A stretch of DNA of 45,767 bases from Verrucomicrobiota bacterium. GTDB lineage: Bacteria; Verrucomicrobiota; Kiritimatiellia; RFP12; UBA1067. Location: the NCBI GenBank assembly GCA_016288465.1, contig JAEEZC010000003.1, forward strand, positions 1 to 45,767, written 5' to 3'. The notes beneath the pieces are model-generated. The model was not told the DNA's origin. It was given only the letters and a program-made list of their open reading frames with translations, and ran no database searches. The position numbers and the translations under genes were made by a program. This document shows, piece after piece, positions 18,975 through 28,662 of the stretch (position 1 is its first letter; every line of letters begins with the position of its first letter).

Positions 18975-20126
18975 ATGGATATGAAGAGTCTTGCAACCGC
19001 GTCCGCTGCGCTTCTCGCCGGGTGCGCCTGTGTGTGCAGCTGCCCTGACGGCATGGAGAAGACGGATTTCGGGACCACTAAGTCTGGCGAAAAGGCGAGT
19101 CTGTATACGCTCGCGGGGCGCGATGGCCTCAAGATTGAGGTCTCGGACTTCGGTGGACGCCTTGTGCGCTGCTGGGCGCCCGACCGCAAGGGCAATTATG
19201 CCGACGTCACCCTCGGCTGGAGAACCGTGGACGATTACGAGCGCTACGGCTTCTCGATGGGCACCCTGATCGGTCGGTACGGCAACAGAATCCGCGACGG
19301 TAGGTTCTCGCTTGACGGAAAGGAGTATCAGCTGCCTGTCAACGAGACGACTCCGGCGCCGCGCCACTGCAATCTCCATGGCGGACCCAGCGGCTGGGAC
19401 TCGAAGGTCTGGAAGGTCGAGTCGCTGTTCAAGGACAAGATCGTCCTGTCCTTGGTCTCGCCCGACGGCGACATGGGCTTCCCCGGGACGGTTCGCGCCA
19501 AGGTTACGTACTCGGTGCTGCCTGGCAATGTCTGGCGCGTTGAATATGAGGCGACGACCGACAAGCCGACGGTGCTCAATCTGACGCACCACTCCTACTG
19601 GAACATGGCGGGAGAGTCGAGCGGCAACGTCCTCGGCCAGCTTCTTCGGATCAACGCCGACAGATATACGCAGACGGACGCGGGCCTCATCCCGACGAAG
19701 GACGCCTCTGTGGTCGGCACGGGCATGGACTTCCGCGAACTTAGGGCCATCGGCGCCAAGGCGGACCTCATGGCCGCGGAAAAGGCGTTCGCCCCCATGG
19801 ACAACTGGTACGACCACAACTTCGTGCTGAACGGCAAGAACGGCGAGATGAAGCTTGCGGCGGAGATGGTCGACCCTGCGTCCGGCAGAGCGCTTGAGGT
19901 CTGGACGACCGAGCCGTGCATGCAGATGTACGGGGCTCAGAACATGACGAAAGACAAGAACATCCCGTCAAAGACGCCAGGAGTGGGATATGAAAGATTC
20001 CAGGGCATGGCGCTAGAAACACAGCACTATCCCGACTCGCCGAACCGCTCCGACTTCCCGTCGACGGTGCTGCGTCCGGGCGAGACCTTCAGGTCTGTGA
20101 CGGAGTATCGTTTTGGGGTGCGCTGA
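18975..20126 (+). CDS. galM: Aldose 1-epimerase (galactose mutarotase), lipoprotein-type signal
   Basis: Lipobox LLAGC, then IGRYGNRIRDGRFSLDGKEYQLPVNE, NLHGG and LTHHSYWN motifs. ATG 18975 follows GGAGG; ATG 18981 is an alternative start. Confidence 0.9.
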   Translation: MDMKSLATASAALLAGCACVCSCPDGMEKTDFGTTKSGEKASLYTLAGRDGLKIEVSDFGGRLVRCWAPDRKGNYADVTLGWRTVDDYERYGFSMGTLIGRYGNRIRDGRFSLDGKEYQLPVNETTPAPRHCNLHGGPSGWDSKVWKVESLFKDKIVLSLVSPDGDMGFPGTVRAKVTYSVLPGNVWRVEYEATTDKPTVLNLTHHSYWNMAGESSGNVLGQLLRINADRYTQTDAGLIPTKDASVVGTGMDFRELRAIGAKADLMAAEKAFAPMDNWYDHNFVLNGKNGEMKLAAEMVDPASGRALEVWTTEPCMQMYGAQNMTKDKNIPSKTPGVGYERFQGMALETQHYPDSPNRSDFPSTVLRPGETFRSVTEYRFGVR

Positions 20127-20155
20127 TTGACTGTGCGGCATTTTTTAGGTATAAT
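20127..20155 (+). promoter_or_regulatory. Sigma70-type promoter, TTGACT-17 nt-TATAAT
   Basis: TTGACT at 20127..20132, a 17-nt spacer, and TATAAT at 20150..20155. It lies directly after the galM stop and 33 nt upstream of the transporter ATG. Confidence 0.6.
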
Positions 20156-20187
20156 TTCACCAATAAACCAAAGTAAGGAGATTTGCA

Positions 20188-21459
20188 ATGGATAGTCAGG
20201 ACAAAAAGGGTGGAAACGTGGCCGCCATCGCCACAATGTTCGCGCTCTTTTTCATGATTGCGTTCGTCACGAACTTCGCCAGCCCGATGGGCGTCATCGC
20301 CAAGAACCAGTTCAATGCGTCGAACGCGCTTTCCCAGCTGGGCAACGCTGCGAACTTCATCGCATATCTCTTCATGGGCATCCCCGGCGGTCTAATCCTC
20401 AAGCGCAGGGGCTACAAGTTCACGGCGCTTACGGCTGTGGCGGTCGGCTTTGCGGGTCTTGCGGTCCAGCTAGTTTCGGGCTTTGTGAGCTCCTTCCCTG
20501 TCTATGTCGTCGGCGCGTTCATAGCGGGCTTCTCGATGTGCATGCTCAACCTCGTGACCAATCCGCTTCTCAACACGCTTGGCGGAGGCGGCAAGAAGGG
20601 CAACCAGCTCGTGCAGTTCGGCTGCTCGCTCAACTCCGTGGGCGCGACGCTCTCTCCGATGGTCCTCGGCTGGCTGATCGGCGAGATCACGAAGGACACG
20701 GCCTTCGGCGATGCGCGTCCGGCGCTTCTCATCGCGATGGGCATCTTCGCGGTCGCGTTCGTCATCGTGGCGCTTTCGAGGATCCCCGAGCCGCATATGG
20801 AGACGGCTGAGGAGAAGGCTGCCCGCATGTCCGGGCAGGTGTCGGTCATGCGCGACATAGCCGAGACTCTCAAGTTCCGCCACTTCACATTCGGCGCGCT
20901 GGCTATTTTCTTCTACATCGTCATCGAAGTGGGCGTCCCGTCGATGGGAATGCTCTATATGACCGAGGTCGGCCAGCCCTGGTATGTCGGCGGCGCGGTC
21001 GCCGGCGTCGTGTGCGGCGCCTACTGGTTCCTCATGATGTGCGGCCGTCTTCTCGGCGGCGTCGTGGGAGGCAAGATATCCTCGCGTGTCCAGGTGTCGT
21101 TCCTCGCTACGCTCGGCATAGCGCTTCTGCTTGCGACCATGTTCACGCCGTTCAAGATGATCACTCTCTTCGGCAAGGAGTTCCCGCTCTCCATGGCCTT
21201 CATGGTCGCTGTCGGCCTCTGCACGTCCGTCATGTGGGGCGGCATCTTCAACATGGCGGCCGAAGGTCTCGGCAAGTACGTCCCGATGGGCTCGGGCATC
21301 TTCATGGCGATGGTGTTCGGAGGGATCCTTATCCCCGTGCAGGGGTTCCTCGCCGACAAGATCGGCATTCTCAACAGCTACTGGCTGTCGATCGGACTGC
21401 TTGCATACGTTCTCTTCTACGCGCTCGTCCTCTCCAGGCCGACGAAGCGCGCCGAGTGA
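20188..21459 (+). CDS. MFS sugar transporter (glucose/galactose or fucose permease family)
   Basis: 423 aa with about 12 predicted TM segments and a FucP/GluP-like N-terminus. Sits between galM and galK. Confidence 0.85.
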   Translation: MDSQDKKGGNVAAIATMFALFFMIAFVTNFASPMGVIAKNQFNASNALSQLGNAANFIAYLFMGIPGGLILKRRGYKFTALTAVAVGFAGLAVQLVSGFVSSFPVYVVGAFIAGFSMCMLNLVTNPLLNTLGGGGKKGNQLVQFGCSLNSVGATLSPMVLGWLIGEITKDTAFGDARPALLIAMGIFAVAFVIVALSRIPEPHMETAEEKAARMSGQVSVMRDIAETLKFRHFTFGALAIFFYIVIEVGVPSMGMLYMTEVGQPWYVGGAVAGVVCGAYWFLMMCGRLLGGVVGGKISSRVQVSFLATLGIALLLATMFTPFKMITLFGKEFPLSMAFMVAVGLCTSVMWGGIFNMAAEGLGKYVPMGSGIFMAMVFGGILIPVQGFLADKIGILNSYWLSIGLLAYVLFYALVLSRPTKRAE

Positions 21460-21516
21460 GATCGGAATGAAGTTCCGCGCCTGTTGTGAACATACCACTT
21501 TGAAAGGACCAATTCC

Positions 21517-22692
21517 ATGCTGAATCAGGAAGTATACGACGAGCTGACTGCGAAGTTCGAGAAGATGTATGGCGAGAAGCCCGAAGTCGTGGCCTATGCG
21601 CCCGGCCGGATCGAGGTTCTCGGCAACCACACGGACTACAACGAGGGTTTCGTCTTCTCGGCGGCGATTGACAAGGGAACCTTCTTCGCGATTTCGCCCT
21701 CGAAGGACGAAAGCTGCGAGCTGACGGCCGGCGACTTCATGGAGACTGCGAAGTTCTCCATCCGCGACGTCAAGCCCGCGAAGGAGATGTCTTGGCAGAA
21801 CTACGTGACGGGAACGTTCAATTGGCTGTTCGACGGCAATCCCTCCTCGGCCAAGCACGGCTTCAGGGCGATGTTCCTCGGCAACATTCCCCTGGGGGCG
21901 GGCCTCAGCTCGTCGGCTGCGCTTGAGATGTGCGCTGCGCTTGCCTTCTCGAAGATCTACGGAATCGAGAAGGACCGGACGGCTCTTGCGAAGATCGGCC
22001 AGAAGGCCGAGCACACTTTCGCCGGCTGCCCCTGCGGTCTGCTCGACCAGGCGTCGTCCATGTACGGCAAGGCGGGCGCGCTTGTCAAGAGCGACTTCCG
22101 CACGAACGAGTTCGAGTCGGTTCCCATGGGCGACGGCGTCGCCTTCATGATGGTCAAGTCGAACGCCAAGCACGCGCTCGTCGACGGTGCGTACGCGTCG
22201 AGGCGCCAGGCGTGCGAGGAGGCGGCGAAGTACTTTGCAGGCGTCCTCCGCAAGGGCGGCGTCACGCACCTGCGCGACGTGACCATGGCCGAGTGGGTGC
22301 TGTATCGCGGCGGCCTTTCCGAGACGACGGCCAAGAGGGCCGTGCATCCGATTGGCGAGGACGAGCGCGTGCTCCAGGGCGCGGCGCTACTTGCCAAGGG
22401 CGATCTCAAGGGCTTTGGCGCTCTCATGTACGATTCGCACGAGTCGAGCCGCAGTTGGTTCGAGAACTCGTGCGAGGAGCTTGACGCGATCGTTGACGCC
22501 GCAAAGGCGATACCGGAGGTGTACGGCGCGCGTCTTTCCGGCGGCGGATTCGGCGGCAGCTGCTGCCTTCTCGTCGATCCGGCGGCGGCTGACAGGATCG
22601 CCGCGCAGATTTCGAGGGAGTACAAGGCAAAGTTCGGTGACGAACCCGTCTGCTCGCTCATCAGACCTTCCGATGGAGCACATCTCGTATGA
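21517..22692 (+). CDS. galK: Galactokinase
   Basis: GRIEVLGNHTDYNEG galactokinase signature and GHMP motif PLGAGLSSSAALE. 391 aa. Confidence 0.95.
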   Translation: MLNQEVYDELTAKFEKMYGEKPEVVAYAPGRIEVLGNHTDYNEGFVFSAAIDKGTFFAISPSKDESCELTAGDFMETAKFSIRDVKPAKEMSWQNYVTGTFNWLFDGNPSSAKHGFRAMFLGNIPLGAGLSSSAALEMCAALAFSKIYGIEKDRTALAKIGQKAEHTFAGCPCGLLDQASSMYGKAGALVKSDFRTNEFESVPMGDGVAFMMVKSNAKHALVDGAYASRRQACEEAAKYFAGVLRKGGVTHLRDVTMAEWVLYRGGLSETTAKRAVHPIGEDERVLQGAALLAKGDLKGFGALMYDSHESSRSWFENSCEELDAIVDAAKAIPEVYGARLSGGGFGGSCCLLVDPAAADRIAAQISREYKAKFGDEPVCSLIRPSDGAHLV

Positions 22693-23729
22693 ACAGAAAG
22701 CACACAGCGTTTGCAGTCGCGGCGTCGATAGCCGTTTCGTTTTCGTTTGCGCAGGAGGATGACCAGGCGACGTTGGAGACGCCCGTCGAGGTCGCCGTTT
22801 CCGCCAAGGACAACACAAGGTGGTTCTTCTCGCTTCCGCTTTGCCGTCGCGTGCAGGGCGAGGCGGAGGTCCTTCGTCCGGGTGCGTCCGCTTGGGCGCC
22901 TGCCGAGGAGGGCAAGTTCTACCCGCTGGGTTCCTCTTACCGTGCCTGCAAGGGCGGAGAGCTGGTGATTGCGTTCGGCAGCGAGTGCACGGCAACGGTT
23001 TCCGACGGAGCGTCGTTCGGCACGAAGGCCCAGCCCGTCGGCGAGCGCTCGCGCGGAATAGTCCTGACAGGCGGAGAGGTGTCCGTGTCGCTTCCTGGCA
23101 ATCTGAAGCCGGGGCTTTTCTTTGTGACTGCGCCCGGCTTCACGGTGCGCAACCCCGCGGGCGACTCGAAGTACTCGTTTGAGGACAAGGGCGACGGCTA
23201 TTTTGCGTCTGTTCGATGCGTCACGGGCCTGCTTGAGGTTGAGGGGCGTCACTTCAGCGTTCCGGCGATGCATGCGGCGGATGCGTTTGACATCCGTTCG
23301 TCGCATGACGGCCTTGAGACCATCCTGTACGGGAAAAGCGGCGATTACATCGCCCGTCTCGATCGCGGCATCGTCGCCAGCACCGAGGTGCAGGATGACG
23401 GCAGCGTCAAGTCGATCGTCGAACCGTCCGTCCTTGACTGGCACCTTTCGGTGGCAACTCGTGTGCAGATCAACCGCGCAGTGCCGTCTGTAGGCGAGCG
23501 GATGAGCGTCACGATGATGACGTTTGATTCGGCTGGCACGATGCAGAACCACTTTGCGTTTGCCGAGGGCCGCGCCGAGGTCAACACGGGAGAGCTCGTC
23601 GTCAAGGCGGTTGAAGAGGATGACGTTTCCAAGCGCGCATCGGAGGTTACGCAAGAGGCAGTGCCCGAATCGGATCAGGAGTCGGAAGAGGAAACGGATG
23701 AGTCTTCTGGCGATTCAGCGAGCGAGTAA
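22689..23729 (+). CDS. Secreted FecR-domain-like protein with acidic C-terminal tail, hypothetical
   Basis: ATGA overlap with the galK stop. Signal peptide AFAVAASIAVSFSFAQE, a beta-rich FecR-like segment, and an E/S/D-rich tail. Confidence 0.6.
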   Translation: MNRKHTAFAVAASIAVSFSFAQEDDQATLETPVEVAVSAKDNTRWFFSLPLCRRVQGEAEVLRPGASAWAPAEEGKFYPLGSSYRACKGGELVIAFGSECTATVSDGASFGTKAQPVGERSRGIVLTGGEVSVSLPGNLKPGLFFVTAPGFTVRNPAGDSKYSFEDKGDGYFASVRCVTGLLEVEGRHFSVPAMHAADAFDIRSSHDGLETILYGKSGDYIARLDRGIVASTEVQDDGSVKSIVEPSVLDWHLSVATRVQINRAVPSVGERMSVTMMTFDSAGTMQNHFAFAEGRAEVNTGELVVKAVEEDDVSKRASEVTQEAVPESDQESEEETDESSGDSASE

Positions 23730-23808
23730 GGTCCCGGCGGATAGGGGCTGATCCCTTTTTTCGAGACAAGACAAGAAACAACACAAGCAATACGGCGGTC
23801 ACAACAAA

Positions 23809-25455
23809 ATGGTCATCCTGCAATTCAACAAGCTGATTAGGAACAAGTGGATATGGGGCGTTTTTGCCGTCGCCATTTCGGCTTTCTTCGCGTTCGACTT
23901 TCTCTTAGACGGCCTCAACTCGTCGTCGGACGAACGTTCGTCTGACTCTGCCGGCACACTGGCGGGAGAGAAGATAGACAGCAAGGAGTTCTTCGAGCTG
24001 GCAGACGAAATCCGCGGTCTCGGTCGCAATCGCGACTGGAAGACGGAGCAGAGCGAAGTCAACCGCCAGGCATGGGAGAACTGCGCGGCCCTCCGTGTGG
24101 CCCGCGATAACGGCATCGAAGCGACCGACGCAGAGGTAATGGCCGCCATTCGCCGTGACCCCTCGTTCCAGGCGAACGGCGCGTTCTCTTTTTCGCGCTA
24201 CAGTCTTGTTCTGCGCGAAAACTCGCTTACGCCTGAGAAGTTCGAGGCTTCGCTCAAGCGCCGCATGACGCTCATGCGCATCGCCAGGTCCGTTCTGGGC
24301 AGCGCGGTCTGGTGCTCGCCTATGGAGCTTGACCAGGGCGTGGCAGACGAGACCGATGTGTTCACCGTCAAGGTCGCGAGATTCTCGCAGTCCAAGAAGG
24401 ATGCCGACGCGGTCAAGCTTGACGACAACGGCGTCAAGAAGTGGTATGACGAGAACGTCGAATCGCTTGCCCTCCCCGAGCGGCTGAAGATTCGCTATGT
24501 CGCGTTCGACGCCACAGACGCCGCGCTGCAGGCCCGCATGATCGTCACCGAGGACGAAATGCGCGACCGCTATGACACTACGATCGACAAGTACACGTCC
24601 ACGGACACGAACGGCGTGGAGACCGTCAAGAAGTTCGAAGAGGTCAAGGACGAGATCGAAAAGGATCTCCGCAAGATCGCCGCCGTCCAGTATTACGAGA
24701 CGAATCTTAACTTCCGCGTCTATGCGTCAAGGGCCCGAGAGGGCGGCTCGAGGCTTGACGAAATCGCTGCCGAAGACGGCCTCAAGGTCCAGACGAGCGC
24801 ATGGTTCTCCGTCGAGGGGCCGTATCAAGAGGGTTTCATGAGCCGTCCCTATCAGATACTTCCTGGGGCGAGGACCTTGAACGAGGCTGTCGCCGAGCTT
24901 GATCCGGCAAACGAAGACCTCCGCTATGCAATCGTATCCTCGGAGAGGACAGTGTGGTTGATCGAACGCGCCGAGACCAGCGCCGCCCACACCCCGACGT
25001 TTGAAGAGGCGAAGGATGCCATTCGCCCTCGTGCCCTCAAGGCGGCGCGGGCGGACGCATTCAAGGCCTCGGTCGAGGCGATTGCCGCGAAGGGCGTTGC
25101 GTCCATCCTGGCGACAAAGGACGTTTCCACGAACATTGTCTTCTGCGTCGCGGACCTCAGGCCCGGCGAGTTCCCCGATCAGGCAGCTATTACGTCCGCC
25201 TCGGCCGGCCTTTACAAGGGCGACGTGTCCGAGTTCACCCTGACCGGTCCCGGGCGTGCAATCCTTGTGGTTTGCGAAGATCGCAAGGAGGGCGATGCGG
25301 CAAAGGCGATGATCAAGAAGTCCTCCGTACAGAACGAGATCTCCATGCTGGCCGCAGGCCAGCTGCCGGAAGCCTGGCGGAAGTACAATCTCGACAAGTT
25401 GGGCTTCGAGCCCAGCGATGTAGCGTCTGTCGAAAAGACTTTGTCCGAGGACTGA
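23809..25455 (+). CDS. PpiD/SurA-N-like periplasmic chaperone (peptidyl-prolyl isomerase family; parvulin signature not verified)
   Basis: 548 aa with an N-terminal membrane anchor (WIWGVFAVAISAFFAFDF) and SurA-N-like layout. Precedes dut and def. Confidence 0.6.
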   Translation: MVILQFNKLIRNKWIWGVFAVAISAFFAFDFLLDGLNSSSDERSSDSAGTLAGEKIDSKEFFELADEIRGLGRNRDWKTEQSEVNRQAWENCAALRVARDNGIEATDAEVMAAIRRDPSFQANGAFSFSRYSLVLRENSLTPEKFEASLKRRMTLMRIARSVLGSAVWCSPMELDQGVADETDVFTVKVARFSQSKKDADAVKLDDNGVKKWYDENVESLALPERLKIRYVAFDATDAALQARMIVTEDEMRDRYDTTIDKYTSTDTNGVETVKKFEEVKDEIEKDLRKIAAVQYYETNLNFRVYASRAREGGSRLDEIAAEDGLKVQTSAWFSVEGPYQEGFMSRPYQILPGARTLNEAVAELDPANEDLRYAIVSSERTVWLIERAETSAAHTPTFEEAKDAIRPRALKAARADAFKASVEAIAAKGVASILATKDVSTNIVFCVADLRPGEFPDQAAITSASAGLYKGDVSEFTLTGPGRAILVVCEDRKEGDAAKAMIKKSSVQNEISMLAAGQLPEAWRKYNLDKLGFEPSDVASVEKTLSED

Positions 25456-25884
25456 ATGACGGTCTCGTTCAAGCGCATCCGCCCTGGCGCGGTTCTTCCC
25501 GCATACGCCCATCCTGACGATGCGGGCATGGATCTCAGCAGCGCCGAGGATGCGGTCGTCCCGGCGGGCGGGCGGGCGCTTGTGCATACGGGCCTGGTCA
25601 TGTGCCTGCCGCCGCATTACGAGGCGCAGGTCCGTCCAAGGTCCGGCCTGGCTCTGAAGCGCGGCGTCACCGTGCTGAACTCGCCGGGGACGATTGACGC
25701 TGGCTACAGGGGCGAGGTGGGCGTGATACTCGCCAATTTCGGCGAAGACGATTTCGTTGTGAAGGTCGGTGACAGAATCGCACAGCTAGTCGTCGCGTCC
25801 GTTGCCGCCGCCGAGATCGTCGAGACTGTGGACGTCGACGAGACGGGGCGGGGCTCAGGCGGTTTCGGGTCCACTGGGGTCTAG
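25456..25884 (+). CDS. dut: dUTP diphosphatase
   Basis: AGMDL, RSGLALK, GTIDAGYRGEV and C-terminal GRGSGGFGSTG motifs. 142 aa. Confidence 0.95.
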   Translation: MTVSFKRIRPGAVLPAYAHPDDAGMDLSSAEDAVVPAGGRALVHTGLVMCLPPHYEAQVRPRSGLALKRGVTVLNSPGTIDAGYRGEVGVILANFGEDDFVVKVGDRIAQLVVASVAAAEIVETVDVDETGRGSGGFGSTGV

Positions 25885-25912
25885 CGGGTTGTCGTGACGG
25901 CAGAGGGTTCTT

Positions 25913-26458
25913 ATGGTTTTGGGAATCGTCAAGTACGGAAACAAGGCCCTGCGCGAGAAGTCTTCTCCCGTGCCGGTCGTGAACGACTCGTTGCGCAAGC
26001 TTGCCGACGACATGCTTGAGACGATGCGCGCGGCGCGTGGCGTGGGGCTGGCCGCCGAGCAGGTCGGCCGCCTTGAGCGCATCTGCGTTATAGACATTCC
26101 GGATGGCTGCGAGGAGCCCGAGGACGCCATGTTCAACGGCCCCATCAAGATGCCTCTCAAGCTGTTTAATCCCGTCATAGTCGCGCATGAGGGATCGCAG
26201 TACGACAAGGAAGGGTGTCTGAGCTTTCCGAAGATCGGAGGGGCCGTGACGCGAGCCGCCCAGGTGACTTGTCAGTACGTCGACGAGGAGAACAGGCCTC
26301 AGACAATAACGGCCCGCGGCTTCCTTGCCCGCGCGATACAGCATGAGGTCGATCATTTGGACGGGATTCTCTACGTGGACCGTTTCTCGGCTGTTGAGCG
26401 TCTGGCTGTGGCCGGCAAGCTCAAGAAGCTCGCTCGCGAGAATGGCGGCGTTCGGTGA
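25913..26458 (+). CDS. def: Peptide deformylase
   Basis: The three PDF motifs: GVGLAAEQVG, EGCLSFP and HEVDHLDG. 181 aa. Confidence 0.95.
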   Translation: MVLGIVKYGNKALREKSSPVPVVNDSLRKLADDMLETMRAARGVGLAAEQVGRLERICVIDIPDGCEEPEDAMFNGPIKMPLKLFNPVIVAHEGSQYDKEGCLSFPKIGGAVTRAAQVTCQYVDEENRPQTITARGFLARAIQHEVDHLDGILYVDRFSAVERLAVAGKLKKLARENGGVR

Positions 26459-26518
26459 CTGGGACGGTGTCCGCAGATGCGGCGGTAGTGCTTTTGATCA
26501 AGAAAGTGAGGTAGCAAC

Positions 26519-27439
26519 ATGAACGTCAGGAGAATCGTCCGCGCGCTAGCGCTTGTGGCTGTCGCTTTTGCCGCCGGCTGCGCTTCGGTAACGTCCGGGC
26601 ACGTGGGCATTGCGAATGAGCGCATCGGCGTTTGCAGCTGGAGTTGGCTGAAGCCGATGTCGGGGGTCGCCGAGGATATGGAGGCTGCCGGCGTGAAAGG
26701 CATCCATCTCGCGCTCGGGCCCTTCATCTCTCCGGACGGACGTCATGGCGGAGCGGAAGGCGAGGAGGCGCTCGCTTTCGTGAAGGCGAAGATAGCCAAG
26801 GGCGAATGGAACGTGATGTCCACCATGATCGGCATGGTCGGCGAGGACTATTCGACGCTCGAAACCATACGCGCGACCGGCGGCATCGTGCCTGACGGCA
26901 CGTGGGAGACGAACCGCCGCATCGTGACGCGCGGCGCGCGGCTGACGCAGGAGCTCGGATGCCATTACATGTCGACTCATGCCGGATTCCTCGATGAATC
27001 CAACGCGCAGGCGATGTCGAAGTTCATCGAAAGGGTGCGCTGGATGCGCGATGAATGCCGCAAGTATGACGTCGAGCTGATTCTCGAGTCCGGCCAGGAG
27101 ACTGCAGAGGATCTCTACAGATTCCTTGACTTGGTTCCCGGCGTGGGCATAAACTTCGATCCTGCGAACATGGTTCTCTACGACAAGGGCCGTCCCATGG
27201 ACGCGCTGAAGCTGCTCTATCCGCGGATTCGCCAGGTTCACGTAAAGGACGCTCTTCGCACGAAGGTCCCTGGCACATGGGGAGAGGAAGTCCCCTGGGG
27301 CGAAGGCGAAGTCGGCGGCAGGAAGTTTGTCGCGGCACTTGAGGCGCTGGGCTACAAGGGCAACTATGTTGTGGAACGCGAAGCAGGGAGCGACCGCGCT
27401 CGCGACATCCGCAAGGCGATAAAGATTTTGGAGAACTGA
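26519..27439 (+). CDS. Xylose-isomerase-like TIM-barrel protein (sugar phosphate isomerase/epimerase family), lipoprotein signal
   Basis: Lipobox FAAGC, with LILESGQE, INFDPANMVLY and VHVKD motifs typical of the AP-endonuclease-2/xylose isomerase-like fold. Confidence 0.75.
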   Translation: MNVRRIVRALALVAVAFAAGCASVTSGHVGIANERIGVCSWSWLKPMSGVAEDMEAAGVKGIHLALGPFISPDGRHGGAEGEEALAFVKAKIAKGEWNVMSTMIGMVGEDYSTLETIRATGGIVPDGTWETNRRIVTRGARLTQELGCHYMSTHAGFLDESNAQAMSKFIERVRWMRDECRKYDVELILESGQETAEDLYRFLDLVPGVGINFDPANMVLYDKGRPMDALKLLYPRIRQVHVKDALRTKVPGTWGEEVPWGEGEVGGRKFVAALEALGYKGNYVVEREAGSDRARDIRKAIKILEN

Positions 27440-27440
27440 A

Positions 27441-28655
27441 ATGCGCAAACTGAGGGCGATTGTTCTTGGCGCGGGCTATAGAGGCCGCGCCTATGCGGAG
27501 TACGCAACGGCACATCCGGACCAGCTGGAGATAGTCGGCGTCGCAGACCCCGAGCATGCGGAGGTGATACCGGCTCCCAGATACTGGAAGGACTGGCGTG
27601 ACTGCATTCAGGATCGTCCCGAGGCGGACATCGTCATGGTCACCATGCCCGACAGTCTGCATCACGACCCCGCCATCATGGCGCTTGACGCCGGCTACCA
27701 TCTCCTTCTCGAAAAGCCGATTTCCCCGACGGAGAAGGAGTGCCGAGAGGTGATCGACTGCGCGCTAAGAAACAAGAAGCTCGTGATAATCGGGCACGTT
27801 CTGCGCTACACGGCCTATTTCGCCCACATCAAGGCTCTGATCGACTCGGGCGAGCTGGGCGAGGTGGTTTCCATTTCGCATCAGGAGTCCGCCGGCTTCT
27901 GGAAGGTGGCGCACTCCTACGTGCGCGGCAACTGGGCGAACTCCAAGAAGAGCTCTCCCATCATTCTCGCAAAGTGCTCGCACGACCTGGATCTCTTTGT
28001 CTGGTGGCTTGGCGGAAAGAAGTGCAAGAAGGTGACGTCCTTCGGCTCGATCAAGCTGTTCCGCAGGGAGATGATGCCCAAGGGCGCGGCGACGCGCTGC
28101 GTGGACTGCCCTCCTGCTGTCGAGAAGCGCTGCGTCTGGAGCGCGCGCAACATGTACGTCGACCACGACGAGCTGAAGTACCTGTTTGCGGACCATTCCG
28201 ACGAGGCGATGGAGAAGCTCATCGAGGAGACGGAGTACGGCAAGTGCGTCTACCAGGCGGAGAACGACGTGCCCGACCATCAGACGGTTACGATGGAGTT
28301 CGAGGGCGGGGCGACCGTGAGCCATGTTATGACGGGCTTCACCGAGAAGAACATCCGCACCACTCGCATCAGCTGCACCAGAGGCGAGATCGTCGGCGAC
28401 GGCGAGAACCTCGACATATGCCGCTTCGACGGCAATTCGGTCGAGACCGGCGTGCCGACCAATTTCCGCATCCCCAACCATTCGCGTCACGGCGGCGGCG
28501 ACTTCAACCTTGTCTCGGAAATGATTCGCATCCTTCGCAGAAACGATCCAGAGGAGATTCGCGAAACGACCGAGGAGGCTCTTCAGAGCCATCTCATATG
28601 CTTTGCGGCTGAAAAATCTCGTCTCGCCGGCGGACAGGTAGTGGAAATCAACTGA
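27441..28655 (+). CDS. Gfo/Idh/MocA family oxidoreductase
   Basis: N-terminal Rossmann GAGYRGRAY and an EKP motif (LLLEKPISPT). 404 aa. Starts 2 nt after the upstream stop. Confidence 0.8.
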   Translation: MRKLRAIVLGAGYRGRAYAEYATAHPDQLEIVGVADPEHAEVIPAPRYWKDWRDCIQDRPEADIVMVTMPDSLHHDPAIMALDAGYHLLLEKPISPTEKECREVIDCALRNKKLVIIGHVLRYTAYFAHIKALIDSGELGEVVSISHQESAGFWKVAHSYVRGNWANSKKSSPIILAKCSHDLDLFVWWLGGKKCKKVTSFGSIKLFRREMMPKGAATRCVDCPPAVEKRCVWSARNMYVDHDELKYLFADHSDEAMEKLIEETEYGKCVYQAENDVPDHQTVTMEFEGGATVSHVMTGFTEKNIRTTRISCTRGEIVGDGENLDICRFDGNSVETGVPTNFRIPNHSRHGGGDFNLVSEMIRILRRNDPEEIRETTEEALQSHLICFAAEKSRLAGGQVVEIN

Positions 28656-28662
28656 CGCCGAG

